From positions 1 to 30,800 of the forward strand of contig JAYKGY010000080.1 in assembly GCA_035285545.1 (NCBI GenBank): a DNA stretch of 30,800 bases. The letters run 5' to 3'. The notes below the pieces were generated by a model. That model was not told where the DNA came from. It did no database searches and saw only the letters and a list, made by a program, of their open reading frames with translations. This DNA is from Snowella sp. (GTDB taxonomy: Bacteria > Cyanobacteriota > Cyanobacteriia > Cyanobacteriales > Microcystaceae). Made by a program: the position numbers and the translations under genes. Positions 26,972 to 30,800 of this stretch are shown piece by piece (position 1 is the first letter of the stretch; each line of letters begins with the position of its first letter).

Positions 26972-29752
26972 ATGACATCAAGTCAAGATTATGCTCACTT
27001 ATATGGACAAGCCTACGTCGCCTATGGGCAAGGAAGTTACGAAGAAGCGGCCAGCTATATTCAAGAAATGGCAACAGCTTTTCCAGAAGATCCCAATGTT
27101 TTGCTACTCCAAGGCCATATTTATGTGGGTTTAGAGCAGTACGAAACGGCTCAACAAAAATACCAAGAAGTGCTCCGGTTAAGCGATCGCCAAGATTTAC
27201 GAGACTGCGCCAGTCAGGCCTTAGACCAAATTCAATCCGTACAGAGCGGAACCCCTTCATCGGGTTTTAGTAGTCAAGGCAACCCCAACAGCATGGGAGA
27301 GGCTACCTTTGGTCAATCCGCTTTTAATTATGAGTCTCAGGCTAATTTAGACAAAGAAACTGATTTTCCAGAATGGAATGATCATGAGGGAGGCGTTGAT
27401 TGGGATAACGATTTCGATGGGCTAGATTGGGATAGTGCGGTCTTTAATGATGAGGATTTAGGGGAACCCACCTTAGGACAAACAAAACCCCCCACACCGA
27501 CTAATCCCTTTGGTTCCACTGCGGGGAGCAATACAGGAAATTTCAATAACGAAGTGGATGCTTTTTCCTCCAATCCCTTTGCCTTTGATGATGCCGCCGG
27601 TTTAATTGACTGGAATGCCGAAGCGTTAGCCCATGATAATGTGCAGCTCGATGATGATGACGACAAAACCCTCATGCCCGAAGTCGGTGAATCCACGTTT
27701 ATGGTGCCGCCCAACCTGGCTGCTCAACAATTTGATTTTGCGGATTTAGTGGAACAAGAAATTTCTACTCCCAGCCAAAGCAATTCGGCAAATCCCGGAA
27801 GTGTACCCACTTTTCAGCCCTGGCAAGGAAGTAATCTAGAAAATGGGATCGATTCTTTGGATAATGTGCCTACTGTCCAATCTTCTCCCTCGATGTCAAT
27901 GGATGAGGCAGATCCGGATTTTCTTTCTAGCATTGAAGGTTTTAATAAAGCGGACTTAGATCATCTGGCGGAATTTGATCTGACCGATATTGCGCCAGAG
28001 TTGCCCGATTCCACCACCATGTTTACCCAGGGAAGTGAGGGATTTGCAGAGAATACGGCCATTCGAGGTAGAGATAGTTATAACGGAGAATCAGGGACTT
28101 CTACGCCCAGTGGGACTCCCCCTGGTATGGTCACCTGGCTTAAGCCAGAAGACAGCCTTGCTGGGGATTTAACAGGGGTATCTAGCCGCTTTGTTAAGCC
28201 AACGGTAGAAGTTGATCCAGGATGGTTGGGGTGGTTTACCAATGCCCCGTTAAGACGAAAGCAATGGTATCTGGCGATCGCGTCGGGAATCGCCTCGGCC
28301 CTAGCCGTTTTTATTGTGGGTAGTGTGACAGGAATGAACGCCCCCCAAAAGGTTTCCAGCCCCCCCGCTGCCAATAAAACCGAGACTCCTAAAGCTGCCA
28401 ACAACAAAGCCCCCCAAAAACCGAATGCCGCAGCGAAACCCGCGAATAAACCCCAGGCGGCCAACCCGACTCCATCAGGGCCTTCCCTACTCGTGCTAGC
28501 GTTGGCAACAGGGATAGTGGGATTTGGGGTGACATGGCTAATTAGCTATCTCCTGATTCAGCAATTTAAAAGCACCATTGATGACCTACAAAATCAATTT
28601 GATGCTATTTACGACGGTAACTTTAATGTGCGGGCCAAGGTAACTTCTGAAGATGAATTGGGTCAATTGGCTCAACGCTTTAACTACATTTCCCAGGTAA
28701 TTTTGACAGCAACCACCGAAGCGCAAGAACGGGCGGCTGCTACCGAGAAAGCACGGGAAAAATTGCAACGCCAAGTTATTCGCCTACTCGATGACGTGGA
28801 AGGAGCTTCTAGGGGAGATCTAACGGTTCAAGCCGAAGTAACCGCCGATGAACTCGGAGCCGTGGCCGATGCCTTTAACCTCACCATTCAAAACCTGCGG
28901 GAAATCGTTCAACAGGTAAAACGAGCCGCCAAACAGGTTAATAAAAATTCGACGGATAGTGAGTCGTTTGCGCGTAATAACTCCAGCGATGCGTTGCGAA
29001 TGGCAGAGGAATTGGCTGTAACTCTGAATTCGGTACAATTAATGACGGAATCCATTCAACGGGTAGCCGAAAACGCCCACGAAGCCGAAGAAGTTGCCCA
29101 CACCTCCTCCGTGACTGCCTTAAAAGGGGGAGAAGCGGTGGAACGAACGGTAGGTGGTATTCTACAGATTCGGGAAACGGTATCGGAAACAGCCCGTAAA
29201 GTTAAACGTTTAGCGGAAGCGTCCCAGGAAATTTCTAAAATTGTTGCGGTCATTTCCCAAATTGCCTCCCGTACCAACCTATTAGCCTTAAACGCCTCCA
29301 TTCAGGCGGCTCGTGCAGGGGAAGCGGGTCGGGGATTCGCGATCGTTGCGGATGAAGTCCGACAGTTGGCAGACCGTTCGGCCAAATCTTTAAAAGAAAT
29401 TGAGCAAATCGTTTTACAAATTCAAAGTGAAACCGGCTCGGTTATGACCGCAATGGAAGAAGGGATTCAACAGGTTATTGACGTAACCGATAAATCTGAA
29501 CAGTCCAAACGCGCCCTAGAGGATATTATTGAGGTTTCCAATCGCATTAATACGCTGGTGCGTTCCATCTCTGGTGATACGGTTAAACAACAGGAAAACT
29601 CTGGGGCAGTGGCTCAGGTTATGCAATCCATTGAGTTAACGGCTCAAGAAACCTCCCAAGAATCTCAACGGGTTGCGGGTTCTTTACAATCTCTCGTGTC
29701 AATTTCTAAAGAATTGTTAACTTCCGTAGAACGATTTCGTGTTGATAAATAG
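26972..29752 (+). CDS. pilJ: Methyl-accepting chemotaxis protein PilJ/HmpD (TPR, acidic linker, 2 TM, HAMP, MCP signal domain)
   Basis: N-terminal TPR; HAMP ([23 protein letters not shown]); signalling tip [34 protein letters not shown]. Confidence 0.93.
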   Translation: MTSSQDYAHLYGQAYVAYGQGSYEEAASYIQEMATAFPEDPNVLLLQGHIYVGLEQYETAQQKYQEVLRLSDRQDLRDCASQALDQIQSVQSGTPSSGFSSQGNPNSMGEATFGQSAFNYESQANLDKETDFPEWNDHEGGVDWDNDFDGLDWDSAVFNDEDLGEPTLGQTKPPTPTNPFGSTAGSNTGNFNNEVDAFSSNPFAFDDAAGLIDWNAEALAHDNVQLDDDDDKTLMPEVGESTFMVPPNLAAQQFDFADLVEQEISTPSQSNSANPGSVPTFQPWQGSNLENGIDSLDNVPTVQSSPSMSMDEADPDFLSSIEGFNKADLDHLAEFDLTDIAPELPDSTTMFTQGSEGFAENTAIRGRDSYNGESGTSTPSGTPPGMVTWLKPEDSLAGDLTGVSSRFVKPTVEVDPGWLGWFTNAPLRRKQWYLAIASGIASALAVFIVGSVTGMNAPQKVSSPPAANKTETPKAANNKAPQKPNAAAKPANKPQAANPTPSGPSLLVLALATGIVGFGVTWLISYLLIQQFKSTIDDLQNQFDAIYDGNFNVRAKVTSEDELGQLAQRFNYISQVILTATTEAQERAAATEKAREKLQRQVIRLLDDVEGASRGDLTVQAEVTADELGAVADAFNLTIQNLREIVQQVKRAAKQVNKNSTDSESFARNNSSDALRMAEELAVTLNSVQLMTESIQRVAENAHEAEEVAHTSSVTALKGGEAVERTVGGILQIRETVSETARKVKRLAEASQEISKIVAVISQIASRTNLLALNASIQAARAGEAGRGFAIVADEVRQLADRSAKSLKEIEQIVLQIQSETGSVMTAMEEGIQQVIDVTDKSEQSKRALEDIIEVSNRINTLVRSISGDTVKQQENSGAVAQVMQSIELTAQETSQESQRVAGSLQSLVSISKELLTSVERFRVDK

Positions 29753-29840
29753 GGTAGATAGGCTGAGTAAATTTCTGTTTTAGAGGACAAGAAAACTCCT
29801 ATAGTTAAAATAAGCGTTTTCAGCCCATCTTTCCAAGTGA

Positions 29841-30635
29841 ATGAGACAGAATAATCGATTTTCAGGTAGTTTAGACATTTGGTTTTCCCGTTTACTGGCC
29901 GCTGGTTTATTGGGAGGGCAGGTTTTTTTGCATGTGCTACAGGGTCGAGTCCATCGCCGTAATACCCTCGAACAAATGAGTGTCGTTGGCCCAGAGTCCC
30001 TCAGTATTGCCTTGGTAACTGCCGGTTTTGTGGGAATGGTGTTTACGATTCAGGTAGCACGGGAATTTATTAATTTTGGAGCGACTTCAACAGTCGGTGG
30101 CGTATTGGCCCTAGCCTTAACCAGGGAACTTGCGCCTGTTTTAACGGCAGTGGTTATCGCCGGTCGGGTCGGGTCAGCTTTTGCCGCAGAAATTGGAACG
30201 ATGCGCGTTACTGAACAAATTGATGCCCTCTACATGCTCAAAACCGATCCCATTGATTATTTGGTGGTACCGCGGGTGTTAGCTTGTGCGTTGATGTTGC
30301 CTATTTTGGGATTATTGGCTCTGATTGTCGGAATGGGGGGCGGCTTATTTATTGCCTACAGTTTGTACGATATTCACCCTAGCGTTTTTCTCAAATCAGT
30401 CAGAACGTTTTTAGAACTCTGGGATATCTTTAGTTCTATGCTGAAATCTCTCGTTTTCGGTTGTCTGATTGCGGTTATTGGTTGTAGTTGGGGTTTAACA
30501 ACCACTGGTGGGGCGAAAGGGGTGGGTCAATCAACTACGACGGCCGTTGTTACTTCGCTATTAGCCGTGTTTATTATTAATTTCTTTTTGTCCTGGATTA
30601 TGTTCCAGGGTACGGGCAATGCTTCCTTGTCTTAG
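29841..30635 (+). CDS. mlaE: MlaE/Ycf63 family lipid ABC transporter permease
   Basis: RELAPVLTAVVIAGRVGSAFAAEIGTMRVTEQIDAL...DPIDYLVVPR; GGAKGVGQSTTTAVV. Confidence 0.93.
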   Translation: MRQNNRFSGSLDIWFSRLLAAGLLGGQVFLHVLQGRVHRRNTLEQMSVVGPESLSIALVTAGFVGMVFTIQVAREFINFGATSTVGGVLALALTRELAPVLTAVVIAGRVGSAFAAEIGTMRVTEQIDALYMLKTDPIDYLVVPRVLACALMLPILGLLALIVGMGGGLFIAYSLYDIHPSVFLKSVRTFLELWDIFSSMLKSLVFGCLIAVIGCSWGLTTTGGAKGVGQSTTTAVVTSLLAVFIINFFLSWIMFQGTGNASLS

Positions 30636-30800
30636 CGATGATCGGAAAAGTTGAGACCCGCGATCGCGCCTATTGGGGGTAAAGGTAGCGAAGCTGCAAC
30701 GAAGTGCCATCTGAAGACCAGAAAGCTTACCAGTAAAAGATTCTAGAAAAATTTATGCCTTAAGTCATCTCTAAATTTAACCGTTGATTCATATCCAATT

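Larger units (their letters stand above)
526..30667. repeat. HIP1 octamer GCGATCGC dispersed across the window
   Basis: Roughly 45-50 copies by eye (e.g. near 526, 2068, 5040, 12660, 21000, 30660), far above chance expectation. Confidence 0.95.

Noticed and set aside
747..29301. Numerous 60-130 aa antisense or out-of-frame ORFs (e.g. 747-1022, 2329-2532, 4904-5200, 15475-15714, 18488-18829, 23616-23945, 26943-27260, 28078-28464)
   Set aside because: They lie wholly or almost wholly within well-supported genes and show no motifs; treated as shadow ORFs.
1..30800. CRISPR array or regularly spaced repeat system
   Set aside because: The only recurring repeat is HIP1, which is irregularly spaced and mostly intragenic; no repeat-spacer periodicity or cas genes.
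30636..30800. Feature after mlaE
   Set aside because: No recognisable ORF, terminator or RNA motif in the remaining 165 nt.

Overview
Cyanobacterial chromosomal DNA, probably from a unicellular Synechocystis/Chroococcales-like strain (inferred from dense HIP1 GCGATCGC octamers and gene order). It is mostly core genome: prlC, coaX, moeA, a SpoIID/LytB protein, nadC, a GNAT, rsmA-ispE-DUF3082, an EamA transporter, glutaminase, an Adk paralogue, recR, tRNA-Tyr/tRNA-Thr, and the type IV pilus chemosensory locus (hmpF divergent from pilG-pilH-pilI-pilJ, followed by an MlaE/Ycf63 permease, with no cheA). I see no CRISPR array, IS element or integrase. Most worth following up: (i) two tandem paralogous proteins of unknown function at the left edge; (ii) an orphan substrate-binding lipoprotein tightly linked to a hybrid histidine kinase, a likely two-part sensor; (iii) recR, which appears to need a non-canonical ATT start codon; (iv) a 64-aa small protein with a phased/palindromic operator, next to a degenerate Crp-like HTH protein; (v) SigF/SigJ-like GGGnnTAnT boxes in the motility locus. 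All family calls come from recognising motifs by eye; no database searches were run.
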